DNA of 59,243 nucleotides, filler included. It is 3 parts of 3 records of this genome, joined end to end, with 100 filler letters (N's around TTAATTAATTAA, not from the genome) between each part and the next. Parts side by side here need not be neighbours in the genome. Positions count along the whole stretch, not along the records: positions 1 to 23,462 come from DRR723986_10188; positions 23,563 to 48,691 come from DRR723986_10191; 1 more part is not named here. The stretch is one strand, 5' to 3'. The position numbers and the translations under genes were made by a program. The notes under the pieces were generated by a model. It saw only the letters and a list, made by a program, of their open reading frames with translations. It did not search any database and was not told the origin of the DNA. Below, one piece after another: positions 21,481-30,752 of this stretch; the stretch's first letter is position 1, and each line of letters opens with the position of its first letter.

Positions 21481-21590
21481 GGTATCTCTCATTTGTTTGT
21501 CAGACTTTATCGACAAGATCGCAGTGAGACAAGTCATCAACATGTCAAAAAATCACAAGATACTGTTACTAAAAAAATGTATTCCTAATT

Positions 21591-22127
21591 TCAAAGCGCA
21601 AAATCAAAACTAACAGGGCCAGAGTTTGCCGTTATATCCCCACCTTTACGGATGTTTTTTACGGTTGCCAGTACAGAATTTACTTGCCCGGGAATGTCAT
21701 TTAGGAACATTGAATTCATAAATTCCAGTTGCTCAGGTTTATTGGTCCAATCTGCTTCCAAATAGGCAATTACCGTCTGGCCATCAGTTTCAATACCAAG
21801 GAAAATAAGAGGTAGAGGAATGCCGTCTACTCGTACGGCTATATTTTTAGTAACATATGTGCCGGTTGCTGCTTGTAGTGCGTCGAAATCAGCGTCTTCC
21901 AAAAAACTGAGCCTTCTGTTCAGCATGAGCGACAATTTTGTTTCCAGCTCATGACTGTGAATTTGCATGACAAGCTCAATAGAGCCATCAGCATCATTCC
22001 ATTCAAGTTGGGAGAAAGAGCTGTAAACATTGTGCGCGGTCAATGAAGGAGTGAAGATACACGAAAGCAGTACAGCAAAGGTTGCCGGGGTAAAAAGTGC
22101 TTTAAGTTTTAAAGAAAGGTTGCGCAT
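21591..22127 (-). CDS. DUF6702-like secreted protein
   Basis: Signal peptide followed by AHNVYSSFSQLEWN and ...FMNSMFLNDIPGQVNSV, the pattern of proteins found behind M1 peptidases. Confidence 0.65.
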   Translation of the reverse strand: MRNLSLKLKALFTPATFAVLLSCIFTPSLTAHNVYSSFSQLEWNDADGSIELVMQIHSHELETKLSLMLNRRLSFLEDADFDALQAATGTYVTKNIAVRVDGIPLPLIFLGIETDGQTVIAYLEADWTNKPEQLEFMNSMFLNDIPGQVNSVLATVKNIRKGGDITANSGPVSFDFAL

Positions 22128-22143
22128 CAATACATGCCTTTTA

Positions 22144-22166
22144 GTGAAGGGCATTAAGCCCTTCAC
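22144..22166. terminator. Perfect hairpin between the M1 peptidase and DUF6702-like genes
   Basis: GTGAAGGGC-ATTAA-GCCCTTCAC; no U tract on the minus strand, so it may be an mRNA-stabilising stem instead. Confidence 0.4.
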
Positions 22167-22186
22167 ACGAATTTGGCGCTAGAAGC

Positions 22187-23461
22187 CTACTGGCTTTCGC
22201 TGTTTGTTTCGGCGGGTTTCTTAGCAGGCATTGCCTCTTTCATAAGGTTGCGACCCGGCCCACGTTTGAATAGTTCAACACGACTAGCCGTTGCTTTAGC
22301 AGGCCATGAGTTATTGCTTTTATCGGCGTCAGCAATCTCATGATAAGGGTCTAATGTAATTGACTTAATGGTCTTTTTGCGCACCAAAAGCTTGGTCACT
22401 TCATGGGCATTAGAACGCCATATTTCAGCGGGAACCCGTACATCCTCAGTTGTGCCATCTTCATAATCTACTCTCAATACAAGGGGCATTACCAAGCCGC
22501 CTATGTTTTTGAAGTCTATGAAGTAAAGTTCATGACCGAAATTGAGCAATTCTTTTTCCCAGTCCTTCAGGCCGCTTAGTTTGCCTGCATACGCTTTTTT
22601 CTGTTGATCAGTGACAATATGGTCATCATTTTCATTATAGAAATCCAACAGTTCTGGGAAGCGGTCAACCCGGCGTGAAGCCCCTGATGCCTCGTTTCGC
22701 ATTTCACCAATGTAAACGTTTTGTTTCTCGGCTTTTTCACGGGCAAACTGGTTTTCAACGTCCGGGTTACCTGTGCTGATGCGCGCATGAGTAACGCCGG
22801 TTAGCGCAATGTCTACATGGTCAGTTGTGTAGAACCAACCACGCCAGAACCAATCCAGGTCTTTGGCTGAGGCATCTTCCATGGTGCGAAAGAAGTCTGC
22901 CGGGTAGGGGCGTTTGAATTTCCAGCGGTTTGAAAACTCTTTAAAGGAAAAATCAAACAGTTCGCGGCCCATAACAGTTTCACGCAGAATATTCAGTGCA
23001 ACAGCCGGCTTGATATACGCGTTGGGAAAATAGCCCACAATGCTATCAGACTGGGTCATGATAGGTGTCTGGTTCGGGCTTACCATATAGGAAATAGCCC
23101 GGTCGGGGTGGCCGTAGCGGCTGGGGTAGTTTGCTTCCCATTCGCGCTCGGAAAGGCTTTGGATAAAGCTATTCAGGCCTTCGTCCATCCAAGCCCAATT
23201 CCGCTCGTCAGAGTTAACTATCATCGGGAAATAAATGTGTCCCACTTCGTGGATAACCACAGAAATCAGGCCGTATTTAGCACGCTTGGTGTAGGTTCTA
23301 ACTTCCTCACCGTTTATGGTTTCGATCACTGGCTTGGGGCCATTTGATGTGATCATCGGATATTCCATACCACCGCCGATTGGGCCGTTTACGGACCATG
23401 CAACTGGGTAGGGGTATTCAAAGGAGTAATCGCTGTATGTTTCCAAGGTGTGCGCAATGGC
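22187..23461 (-). CDS. M1 family aminopeptidase, C-terminal part (5' end lost at contig break)
   Basis: GGMEYP exopeptidase motif, HEVGH followed by WMDEG third ligand, AYIKPA; frame open to the contig edge. Confidence 0.9.
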   Translation of the reverse strand, partial: AIAHTLETYSDYSFEYPYPVAWSVNGPIGGGMEYPMITSNGPKPVIETINGEEVRTYTKRAKYGLISVVIHEVGHIYFPMIVNSDERNWAWMDEGLNSFIQSLSEREWEANYPSRYGHPDRAISYMVSPNQTPIMTQSDSIVGYFPNAYIKPAVALNILRETVMGRELFDFSFKEFSNRWKFKRPYPADFFRTMEDASAKDLDWFWRGWFYTTDHVDIALTGVTHARISTGNPDVENQFAREKAEKQNVYIGEMRNEASGASRRVDRFPELLDFYNENDDHIVTDQQKKAYAGKLSGLKDWEKELLNFGHELYFIDFKNIGGLVMPLVLRVDYEDGTTEDVRVPAEIWRSNAHEVTKLLVRKKTIKSITLDPYHEIADADKSNNSWPAKATASRVELFKRGPGRNLMKEAMPAKKPAETNSESQ

Positions 23462-23462
23462 A

Positions 23463-23562
23463 NNNNNNNNNNNNNNNNNNNNNNNNNNNNNNNNNNNNNN
23501 NNNNNNTTAATTAATTAANNNNNNNNNNNNNNNNNNNNNNNNNNNNNNNNNNNNNNNNNNNN
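23463..23562. other. Artificial contig spacer
   Basis: 44 N + TTAATTAATTAA (stops in all six frames) + 44 N. Confidence 0.98.
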
Positions 23563-23741
23563 AGCTCTTTCAATTGATCAACGCCCATACCGCCATACTG
23601 TCTGCGCCAGCGATAATACGTCTGCTCAACAACACCAATTTGTCTGATCGCATCAAGACGGGACAATCCTTGCCCAATCAACACTTCAACTTGACGTAAC
23701 TTTGTAACGATCTCTTCGAGCTTTGGTCGTTTGTTTGCCAT
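23563..23741 (-). CDS. IS3-family transposase OrfA (partial)
   Basis: EEIVTKLRQVEVLIGQG...IRQIGVVEQTYYRWRRQYGGM..DQLKE HTH pattern. Confidence 0.9.
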
Positions 23742-23797
23742 TCATGGTCCTCCGTTTCCTAAACATAGCAGTGGACCGGTTCAGTGGGGGAGGCTCA
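23563..23797 (-). mobile_element. IS3-family (IS407-group-like) insertion sequence, left end
   Basis: Minus strand begins 5'-TGAGCCTCCCCCACTGAACCGGTCCA (TG-terminated IR), then a GGAGG RBS and OrfA; truncated by the contig break. Confidence 0.85.
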
Positions 23798-23843
23798 CGA
23801 TCACGACAAAGATCGTGCCTGTGATCGACAGAATATCAATCAT
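23798..23843 (-). pseudogene. First 15 codons of a probable AEC (auxin efflux carrier) family transporter, interrupted by the IS
   Basis: ATG at 23843 reads MIDILSITGTIFVVI, then the IS terminal TG begins. This resembles AEC N-termini (MxDILxITGPIFxxI). Confidence 0.5.
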
Positions 23844-23890
23844 TAATCGCTTACTTCCCTGCAGCCGATAGAACTTGGGCTGTCCCCCCC

Positions 23891-24142
23891 CTATCGCCGC
23901 GGCATCCCCTTCGGGCGCATCAACCGTTTTTGTGCTGCAATCCGGAATGGCGCGTTTGGCGCGCCGTAGCCGTCATAGCCTTCAATCCGCTGTACGATTT
24001 CGAAGAATAGCCCTCCCGCGAATGGCTTACTGTAGAATTGAAAGAATGCACCATCTACGTCCTCATCATAAAGAATGCTTAGATTTTTCATGTCTTCGAC
24101 GCGAGTTGCGTCCAATCCAAAGCGCGCCTGCAAGTCATTATA
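23891..24142 (-). pseudogene. C-terminal remnant of a QuiC-type dehydroshikimate dehydratase/HPPD-like fusion protein
   Basis: YNDLQARFGL...ILYDED..GAFFQFYSKPFAGGLFFEIVQR..GYDGYGAPNAPFRIAAQ matches the C-terminus of this family. The several hundred upstream residues are absent. Confidence 0.75.
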
Positions 24143-24266
24143 TTCTGACCTTAAGCCATTTTTAGACATACGCACTATCATCTGGCGAGCGCTCGATGAA
24201 TAACGCATGATAAAAAGCCTCGCCTAGATTAGAGACTTTTCAGCTGTCGCCGATAGTTGGTGCAAG

Positions 24267-24941
24267 TTACTCTGTTGAAGCGTGATTGCGGGCTTCCCGG
24301 ATTTCGCCTCGTTCAATTACCAAGGTCCTCTCGGCAAACTTTCTAAGTAAGTCAGGGTTCGACTCCGTGATAATTAGAGTAACTTCACGATCGCTATTCC
24401 GAAGTTTTCTCAGTGCATCGGCATATTTATGTGCCAGCGCGGGCGCCAAACCTTGAAATGGTTCATCAAGCATTATCAGCTTGGATCCGATGACAAGTGC
24501 GCGGCCCAAGGCGACCATCTTGCCTTGTCCGCCGGACACGGCCCCAGCAGGACGTTTTGCCATCTCCTGTAGCTCAGGTAGGATCTCGTAGACGCGCTCC
24601 ATCTTGGCGGCGAGTTCTGCCTCGGAATAGCCAGCGACTTGCCCTGGCATCTTGATGTTCTCTTCTACCGTGAAGCCGGAGAACAGGCGACGATCCTCAG
24701 CGGCATAACCGATGCCCAACCCCGGACGACGCGAAGGCGCCACTTTGGAAAGGACCCCGCCGTCGAACTCAATTTGGCCGGTCATTTCCGTCAAGCCCAT
24801 GATCGTGCGCAGCGTCGTTGTCTTACCTGCGCCGTTTGCGCCGATTAGGGCGACAGTCGACGATTTTTCGATCTTCAGATTGACATTGCGCAGAATCCGG
24901 ATGCCGCCAAGGCGAACCGTTACGTCTTTCAATGCGAGCAT
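24267..24941 (-). CDS. ABC transporter ATP-binding protein (LivF-like)
   Basis: GANGAGKTT, VSGGQ, LDEPFQGLAP. Confidence 0.9.
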   Translation of the reverse strand: MLALKDVTVRLGGIRILRNVNLKIEKSSTVALIGANGAGKTTTLRTIMGLTEMTGQIEFDGGVLSKVAPSRRPGLGIGYAAEDRRLFSGFTVEENIKMPGQVAGYSEAELAAKMERVYEILPELQEMAKRPAGAVSGGQGKMVALGRALVIGSKLIMLDEPFQGLAPALAHKYADALRKLRNSDREVTLIITESNPDLLRKFAERTLVIERGEIREARNHASTE

Positions 24942-25694
24942 TTAAAGCTCCTCCCCGATCACGTCCCGGATCACGTCCGGGTGCTTAAGGATATCATCAG
25001 GCGCGCCCCTGAACAGGACCTGACCACGGTTCCAGACCGCAACTTCATCCGCGAACCGTTCCACGATGCCCATGTCGTGCTCGACAAAAACGGCCGTCAC
25101 CTTCGATTCCTGTAATGCACCCGAGATGATTTCGAGCACCTCAAATTTCTCTGACGAAGCCACGCCAGAGGTCGGTTCATCCATGAACAGGAGCCGGGGC
25201 TTCAGCGCCAGTGCAAGGGCGATGTCGATCAGCTTGCGCTGGCCTTCGGGGAGTTCCGAGACCAATCGGTCGGCCAGATGAGCACATTTGATCATATCGA
25301 GCATATGCAACATCTCGGTGCGCTGCGCGATCCGGTCAATGCGGGTCAGGGGCGCCCAGTTACGGGCCTGCGCCGCCCCGGCCATCAGCATGTTTTCCAT
25401 CACCGTGTGCTCGGTAAACAGCTGCGGGATCTGGAACGCCCGCGCGACCCCCTTTCGGACGAGTTTGCGCGGCGCGATTCCGGTCACATCCTGTCCGTCG
25501 AAGAAGATGTGGCCCGCATGCGGCTTAAGGTACCCGGTGCACATGTTCAGGAACGTGGTCTTGCCCGCCCCGTTGGGTCCGATGATGGCAAGGTTTTTGT
25601 GCTCCATGATCTCGATGTTGATGCCGGAGGCGGCGATCACGCCGCCGAAGCGAATTTCAAGATCCTTGGCCTGCAGAAGAACGGTCCCGCTCAT
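24942..25694 (-). CDS. ABC transporter ATP-binding protein (LivG-like)
   Basis: IIGPNGAGKTT, ARAFQIPQLF, MDEPTSG, VEHDM; ATG at 25694 overlaps the permease stop. Confidence 0.9.
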   Translation of the reverse strand: MSGTVLLQAKDLEIRFGGVIAASGINIEIMEHKNLAIIGPNGAGKTTFLNMCTGYLKPHAGHIFFDGQDVTGIAPRKLVRKGVARAFQIPQLFTEHTVMENMLMAGAAQARNWAPLTRIDRIAQRTEMLHMLDMIKCAHLADRLVSELPEGQRKLIDIALALALKPRLLFMDEPTSGVASSEKFEVLEIISGALQESKVTAVFVEHDMGIVERFADEVAVWNRGQVLFRGAPDDILKHPDVIRDVIGEEL

Positions 25695-26656
25695 TGGCCG
25701 GCCTCCTCTTTCTCGGATCGGCCGCTGCCAAGCCTTTGTGACAGGCCGATAATGCCGCTCGGGGCGAAGAGGATCACCACGAGAAGCACCGCGCCGAGAA
25801 CCAGCTGCCATATGTCGGCGGCGAAGGCGGCTGCGTAGGTCTTGACGAATTCATAGGCCAGGGCCCCGACAAGAGCGCCGTTCACCGAGCCTGCACCGCC
25901 CAGAATGGCGATGAACACGAACTCGCCCGACCGGATCCACCAGGCATATTCCGGCGTGACGATCCCCTGGGCGGTCGCCATAAGTGCACCGCCGAGGCCG
26001 CAGAGCGCGGCAGACAGAACATAGCCGGCCAGAAGTACCGAGCGCGACGAGACGCCGAGATATTCGAGGCGGACTTCGTTTGTCTTTATGGCGCGCATCA
26101 TCTGTCCCAAGGGCGAGCTGAGGAAGCGATGGGTTAGGGCCAGCGCGGCCAGCACGAGGACCAGCGAGCCATAGAACAGCACCCATTCGAACGGCGCACG
26201 CTCCAGCGCCATCCCGAGCACCGTCGGGCGCGGCACGCTCAGCCCGTCGGAACCGCCTGTAATGTAATAGAATTTTTCCAGGAAGGAATAAAAGATCATC
26301 GAGGCCGCGAGGTTCAACATACCAAAGAAGATGTGGCGATAGCGCACAATGAAGAGGCCGACGATCAAGGCGACAACCGATGCGGACGCCACGCCGAACG
26401 CGAGGTTCAGAATTATCTCGCCGCCGCCCATGGACCGTCCCAGAAAGGCCGCCCCATAGGCTGCGACGGCGAAGAACAGCGCGTGCCCGAAAGACACCTG
26501 CCCTGCCTGCAGCAAGACGATGACACCGAGCACCGCAAGCGATTTGGCTAACGCGAGCGTGAGGAGCACTTGCGTGGTCGGCGCCACGACTGGAGCGATG
26601 GCGAGAAGCGCCACGATGATCAGGGGCAACCATCGCTTTGAAAGTTGTGAAGTCAT
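25691..26656 (-). CDS. Branched-chain amino acid-type ABC permease (LivM-like)
   Basis: GQVSFGHALFF, TGGSDG, SPLGQMMRAIKTNEVR, ILGGAG. Confidence 0.9.
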   Translation of the reverse strand: MTSQLSKRWLPLIIVALLAIAPVVAPTTQVLLTLALAKSLAVLGVIVLLQAGQVSFGHALFFAVAAYGAAFLGRSMGGGEIILNLAFGVASASVVALIVGLFIVRYRHIFFGMLNLAASMIFYSFLEKFYYITGGSDGLSVPRPTVLGMALERAPFEWVLFYGSLVLVLAALALTHRFLSSPLGQMMRAIKTNEVRLEYLGVSSRSVLLAGYVLSAALCGLGGALMATAQGIVTPEYAWWIRSGEFVFIAILGGAGSVNGALVGALAYEFVKTYAAAFAADIWQLVLGAVLLVVILFAPSGIIGLSQRLGSGRSEKEEAGQ

Positions 26657-26665
26657 CTGTGCGTC

Positions 26666-27571
26666 CTAAATCTTGCGCGCTTCGATGGCGCCAAACAGAC
26701 CCTGAGGCCGAACCAGAAGCACACCGAACATGATCAGGTAGGGTACGAGGACCTGCATCTCGGGCCAGACATAGACGGCAAAGCTGCGGCCCAGACCGAT
26801 CATCAGGGCAGTGATCGCCGCGCCTTCGATCTGTCCCAATCCGGCGGTCGCGACGACGGCAAAGGACAGCACGATCATGTCCGCGCCCATTCCGGGAACA
26901 ATGGATGTGGTCGCCGATGCCAGGGCACCACCAAGCGCGGCCAGCGAGGCGCCTACGATGAAAGTGATCAGGTAGACCTTTTCGGCATCGATCCCGATCG
27001 TGATCGCGGCTTCACGATCCTCGGTCACGGCGGTGATCAGGCGTCCGGTCAAAGTGCGACGCAGCCCGAGCCTGAGACCGACAAGGACGAGGATCGCCAC
27101 TACCGGGAGGAAAATGAGCTGGTATGCCGTGTATGTGATCCCGAAAACGGACACCGTCCCAAGCTGGTTGAGCGCGGTTGCTTCGAAGAGCGGCTGAACG
27201 CCCCAGACGAGGCGCTGGAAGTCTTCGAGTATCAAGAAGACGGCAAAAGTCACCAGGATCTGCAGCACATCTTCGAGATGGTAGATGCGGCTCAGCAGAA
27301 ATTTCTCGATTGGTCCTCCGATGACCAAACCAACCAGCGCAGCGGCCACGATCATCAAAGGAAAGGCCAGCCAGGACGAAAACCCGGCAGCGAAGATGGC
27401 GCCCCCTACCGAAGCCGTCGTATATGCGCCGATCGCGTAGAAGGACCCATGCGCCACGTTCAGAACGCGCAACACGCCGAAAATCAGCGTCAGGCCGACA
27501 GCCACAAGAAAGACGAGCGCCGCGTAGGAAATGCCGTCAAAAATGGCCAATGCAAAAAGTTGTGCGTTCAT
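26666..27571 (-). CDS. Branched-chain amino acid-type ABC permease (LivH-like)
   Basis: VAVGLTLIFGVLRVLNVAHGSFY, LLVRPQGLFG. Confidence 0.9.
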   Translation of the reverse strand: MNAQLFALAIFDGISYAALVFLVAVGLTLIFGVLRVLNVAHGSFYAIGAYTTASVGGAIFAAGFSSWLAFPLMIVAAALVGLVIGGPIEKFLLSRIYHLEDVLQILVTFAVFLILEDFQRLVWGVQPLFEATALNQLGTVSVFGITYTAYQLIFLPVVAILVLVGLRLGLRRTLTGRLITAVTEDREAAITIGIDAEKVYLITFIVGASLAALGGALASATTSIVPGMGADMIVLSFAVVATAGLGQIEGAAITALMIGLGRSFAVYVWPEMQVLVPYLIMFGVLLVRPQGLFGAIEARKI

Positions 27572-27627
27572 TTCGGCTCCTTCGGTGAACCCCGGCGCGC
27601 CACTGCAGGCACGCCGGGGTACTTGGA

Positions 27628-28926
27628 TCAGTTGCTGTGCTGGAAAGTTTCGACCGGCACGCTGTCGATGAAATCAGGCGTCAGAGTCTGAAGCCAGTCT
27701 GCCGAGATCTGACCGACGGGCGTGGTGATCGGCTCGCCATCGAACATCATCATGTTGTCCAGCAGGGCAAAATCGTAGCCGTCCACGCGGATCGTCGTTC
27801 CCAGAAGCTGGTCTTCGACGCCCTGATGATCCTCGCGGATCGTCACCTCGCGCCCAAGCCCGGCGAAGGTCAGCCCTTCCAGAGCATTGATGACCTGTTC
27901 GTCCGAAGGCCACTCGCCGCCATTGTCAGCCATCGCTTTTTCATACGCGCCTTTCAGAGCCGAAAGTGCCTGGCTAACATGGAACACAGGGTAAGTCGGA
28001 ACGTCGCCGGTCTTTTCCTTGAACGCGTCCACGAACGCGACAAAGGCTGGATCTTTGATCTTCTCGGGATGCAGGAAATAGTGATCGCCCCGCGCGCCAA
28101 CGATATGGCCCGCCGGCAAAGCACTTCCCAGACGTTCTAGCGAACTTTCGCCAAGCGGCAGGACCAGCGTCGACGCGTTGGTCAGGCCGCGCTGCGACGC
28201 CTGGCGGACAAAAGTATCGAGGTCGCCACCCCAGGAGGTCGAAAGAATGACATCAGGGCGCAGAGCCTGAAGGCGAGAGATCTCGGTGGAAAAGTCGGGT
28301 GTGCCAAACTTCGGGAAGAACTCGGCAACTACCTCGACGTCGGGCTTCAGTTGCTTCAGAGCTGCCGAGAAGATGGCCCAGCTGTCGCGCCCCCAGGCAT
28401 AGTCCTGGTTGACGACCGCAATGGTCTGGAAATCCGGTTTGGTCTTTAGGAGATATAAGACCGTCGACAACATTTCCGGTGTCGCATTCGCCTGGGTCCG
28501 GAAGCTGTATTGGAAGTCGTTTTCCTCGAAGACCTTCTGGGTACCGCAATCCCACATGATGTTGAGAATCTTAAGGTCCTCGGCAAGCGGGCCGACCTTG
28601 GTGCAATTGCCCGAAGAAATCGAGGCGAACATCGCATCCACGCCTTCACTTTCAACCAAACGACGATACTCGGAAAGCAGCGCTTCGCCGCCTGCACCTT
28701 CGTCGATGAAGCTGGCTGTAACAGGAACCCCACCGATGCCACCGTTGGCATTCATGTCCGCAATGATCATCTCAGCGGCAGCCTTGGCGGGCTCCCCAAA
28801 GACCGATGCAGGACCCGAAAGAAACGCTGTAATGCCGATCTTGACTTCGGCAGGCTTCTCGTCAGCGATTGCGGCAGTGGCGAACAACGCAAGTGCAGTG
28901 GTCGTATTCAGAATAGTCTTGAGCAT
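27628..28926 (-). CDS. ABC substrate-binding protein (type 1 PBP, aromatic/organic-acid or BCAA-like)
   Basis: Signal peptide, FLSGPASVFGEP, NQDYAWGRD, SWGGDL; GGGAGG RBS. Confidence 0.9.
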   Translation of the reverse strand: MLKTILNTTTALALFATAAIADEKPAEVKIGITAFLSGPASVFGEPAKAAAEMIIADMNANGGIGGVPVTASFIDEGAGGEALLSEYRRLVESEGVDAMFASISSGNCTKVGPLAEDLKILNIMWDCGTQKVFEENDFQYSFRTQANATPEMLSTVLYLLKTKPDFQTIAVVNQDYAWGRDSWAIFSAALKQLKPDVEVVAEFFPKFGTPDFSTEISRLQALRPDVILSTSWGGDLDTFVRQASQRGLTNASTLVLPLGESSLERLGSALPAGHIVGARGDHYFLHPEKIKDPAFVAFVDAFKEKTGDVPTYPVFHVSQALSALKGAYEKAMADNGGEWPSDEQVINALEGLTFAGLGREVTIREDHQGVEDQLLGTTIRVDGYDFALLDNMMMFDGEPITTPVGQISADWLQTLTPDFIDSVPVETFQHSN

Positions 28927-29043
28927 TGATTTTCCTCCCTAAAGGCGCAATCCCACCGCTCCAATCAGCGGATATGGCCTGATGCAAGTATATCCCTGGC
29001 ACAGATTTGCTTCTGTAGGCATCGACCAGTACCTTCGCTGGGT

Positions 29044-29058
29044 ATAGATTTTTCCTAA
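29044..29058. promoter_or_regulatory. LysR-type box, near match (ATAG-N7-CTAA)
   Basis: ATAGatttttcCTAA in the divergent SBP/fumarase intergenic region; T-N11-A. Confidence 0.5.
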
Positions 29059-29140
29059 GGCGAGCCTCGCGAGGCTGCCTGCCAGTTGCCACGTCGGTTT
29101 CTTCCCACCATCATCCTTGCAACAAGCTGGAGGGTGCCAA

Positions 29141-30635
29141 ATGGCAACAGGCACGATCCTTGGTCAGGATATTGCAAAGACGATCCGGGCGGCGCTGCAA
29201 TACATTGCAGTCTACCATACTCCTGACTCCCTGAAGCAACTGACCTTCGCCTACGAGAAAGAGGAAAGCGAGGCCGCGCGTTCAGCAATCGGTCAAATTT
29301 TGGAAAGCTCACGCCTTGCGGCTTTAGGAAACAGGCCCATGTGCCAAGACACCGGCATGGTGACGGTCTTCGCAAAAATCGGCCAGTCAGTCGTCATCGA
29401 GGGCGACAAAACCTTCTCCGAATACGTGAACGACGGTGTCCGCCAAGCCTATCTAGACGAAGGAAACCCTCTTCGGGCCTCGATGGTTGGAGACCCAATT
29501 TTCGAGCGCAAAAACACGCGAGACAATATGCCGACAGTGACTCACGTTGAGATCTGTGTAGGCAACACACTCGAACTGTTGGTTGCGGCCAAACGTGGCG
29601 GATCGGAAAACAAAGCGCGCTACACGATGTTGAACCCTGCCGCGTCTGTCGCAGACTGGGTGGTTGATGCGGTTGCGGGTCTCGGTGCGGACCGGTGCCT
29701 GCCCGGCCTAATCGGCGTCGGCGTGGGCGGCAGCGCTGAAAAGGCGATGTTGCTGGCAAAGCGTGCGCTCATGGACGAGATCGATATCGGCGAACTGCAG
29801 AAACGCGGCCCGTCGTCGAAGGAAGAAGAGCTTCGCCTCGAACTGTACGAGCGGATCAACGCGCTTGGAATTGGGGCGCAGGGTCTTGGTTGCTTGACCA
29901 CAGTGGTCGATGTCAAGTTGGCAACTTATCCGACCCACGCCGCGTCGAAGCCCGTAGCCCTGATGCCGCAATGTGCCGCAAACCGTCATGCAAAAGTGAC
30001 CTTGCGTGGGGATGGCCCGGCCTACCTCGATCCGCCTGATCTCGAAGCTTGGCCGAAGATCGATGGCTCACAAGGTACAGAGGGTATGCTGCGCGTCGAT
30101 GTCGACACCCTGACCCCCGAAGCAATGCAGAACTGGAAACCCGGTGACCGCCTCTTGTTGAGCGGCAAGATACTGACCGGGCGCGACGCAGCGCACAAAC
30201 GTATCGCGGACATGCTGGCAAATGGTGAGCCCCTGCCCTTCTCTCTCAAGAATAGGGTGATCTACTATGTCGGGCCTGTCGACCCTGTTGGAAACGAAGT
30301 AGTCGGCCCGGCGGGCCCAACGACGTCGACCAGGATGGACGGAATACACGCAAATGATGCTCGATCAAGGTGTTTTGAGCATGATTGGGAAGGCTGAGCG
30401 TGGAGCCGACAGCGTCCAACGGATCGCCAAGGCCGGCGCGACCTACCTGATCGCCGTCGGGGGCGCGGCCGTTCTGGTCGCCAAAGCCATTACCAGCGCG
30501 CGACTTGTCGCCTTTGAAGATCTCGGCATGGAAGCGGTTCGGGAGTTCGAGGTCAAAAACATGCCGGTCACGGTCGCTGTGGATGTCGCCGGACAGAGCA
30601 TTCATAAACTTGGCCCCGCGCGATGGCGCAGATGA
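29141..30635 (+). pseudogene. Class I (Fe-S) fumarate hydratase/mesaconase-like gene, frameshifted
   Basis: RPMCQDTG, GSENK, CAANRH, TGRDAAHKR, GPTTSTRMD. One extra base at about 30341 (GAC-G-GAA-TAC); the rest (MIGKAERG, AVGGAA, DLGMEAV) continues in the next frame to 30635. Confidence 0.85.
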
Positions 30636-30752
30636 GGCACTGACCTTGGAAGTAGGGATCTCGTTTTACCTATAACCCTCATACACTTTGCCGACTGTTT
30701 CAACGGTCAGCCTAGGTCTATGTCGTGATCAATCCCCGATATGTGAAGATCC

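Noticed and set aside
23507-23518. TTAATTAATTAA palindrome, repeated at 48736-48747
   Set aside because: Embedded in N runs of identical length; a six-frame-stop contig linker, not biological.
28997-29011. Sigma54-like TGGCACAGATTTGCT upstream of the fumarase
   Set aside because: GG-to-GC spacing is 9 nt rather than the required 10.
30341-30344. Programmed frameshift in the fumarase
   Set aside because: No slippery sequence or homopolymer at the site, and other conserved motifs are also damaged.
30659-30673. Possible fifth LysR box upstream of citF
   Set aside because: Only the CTAT half is present; it does not satisfy T-N11-A.
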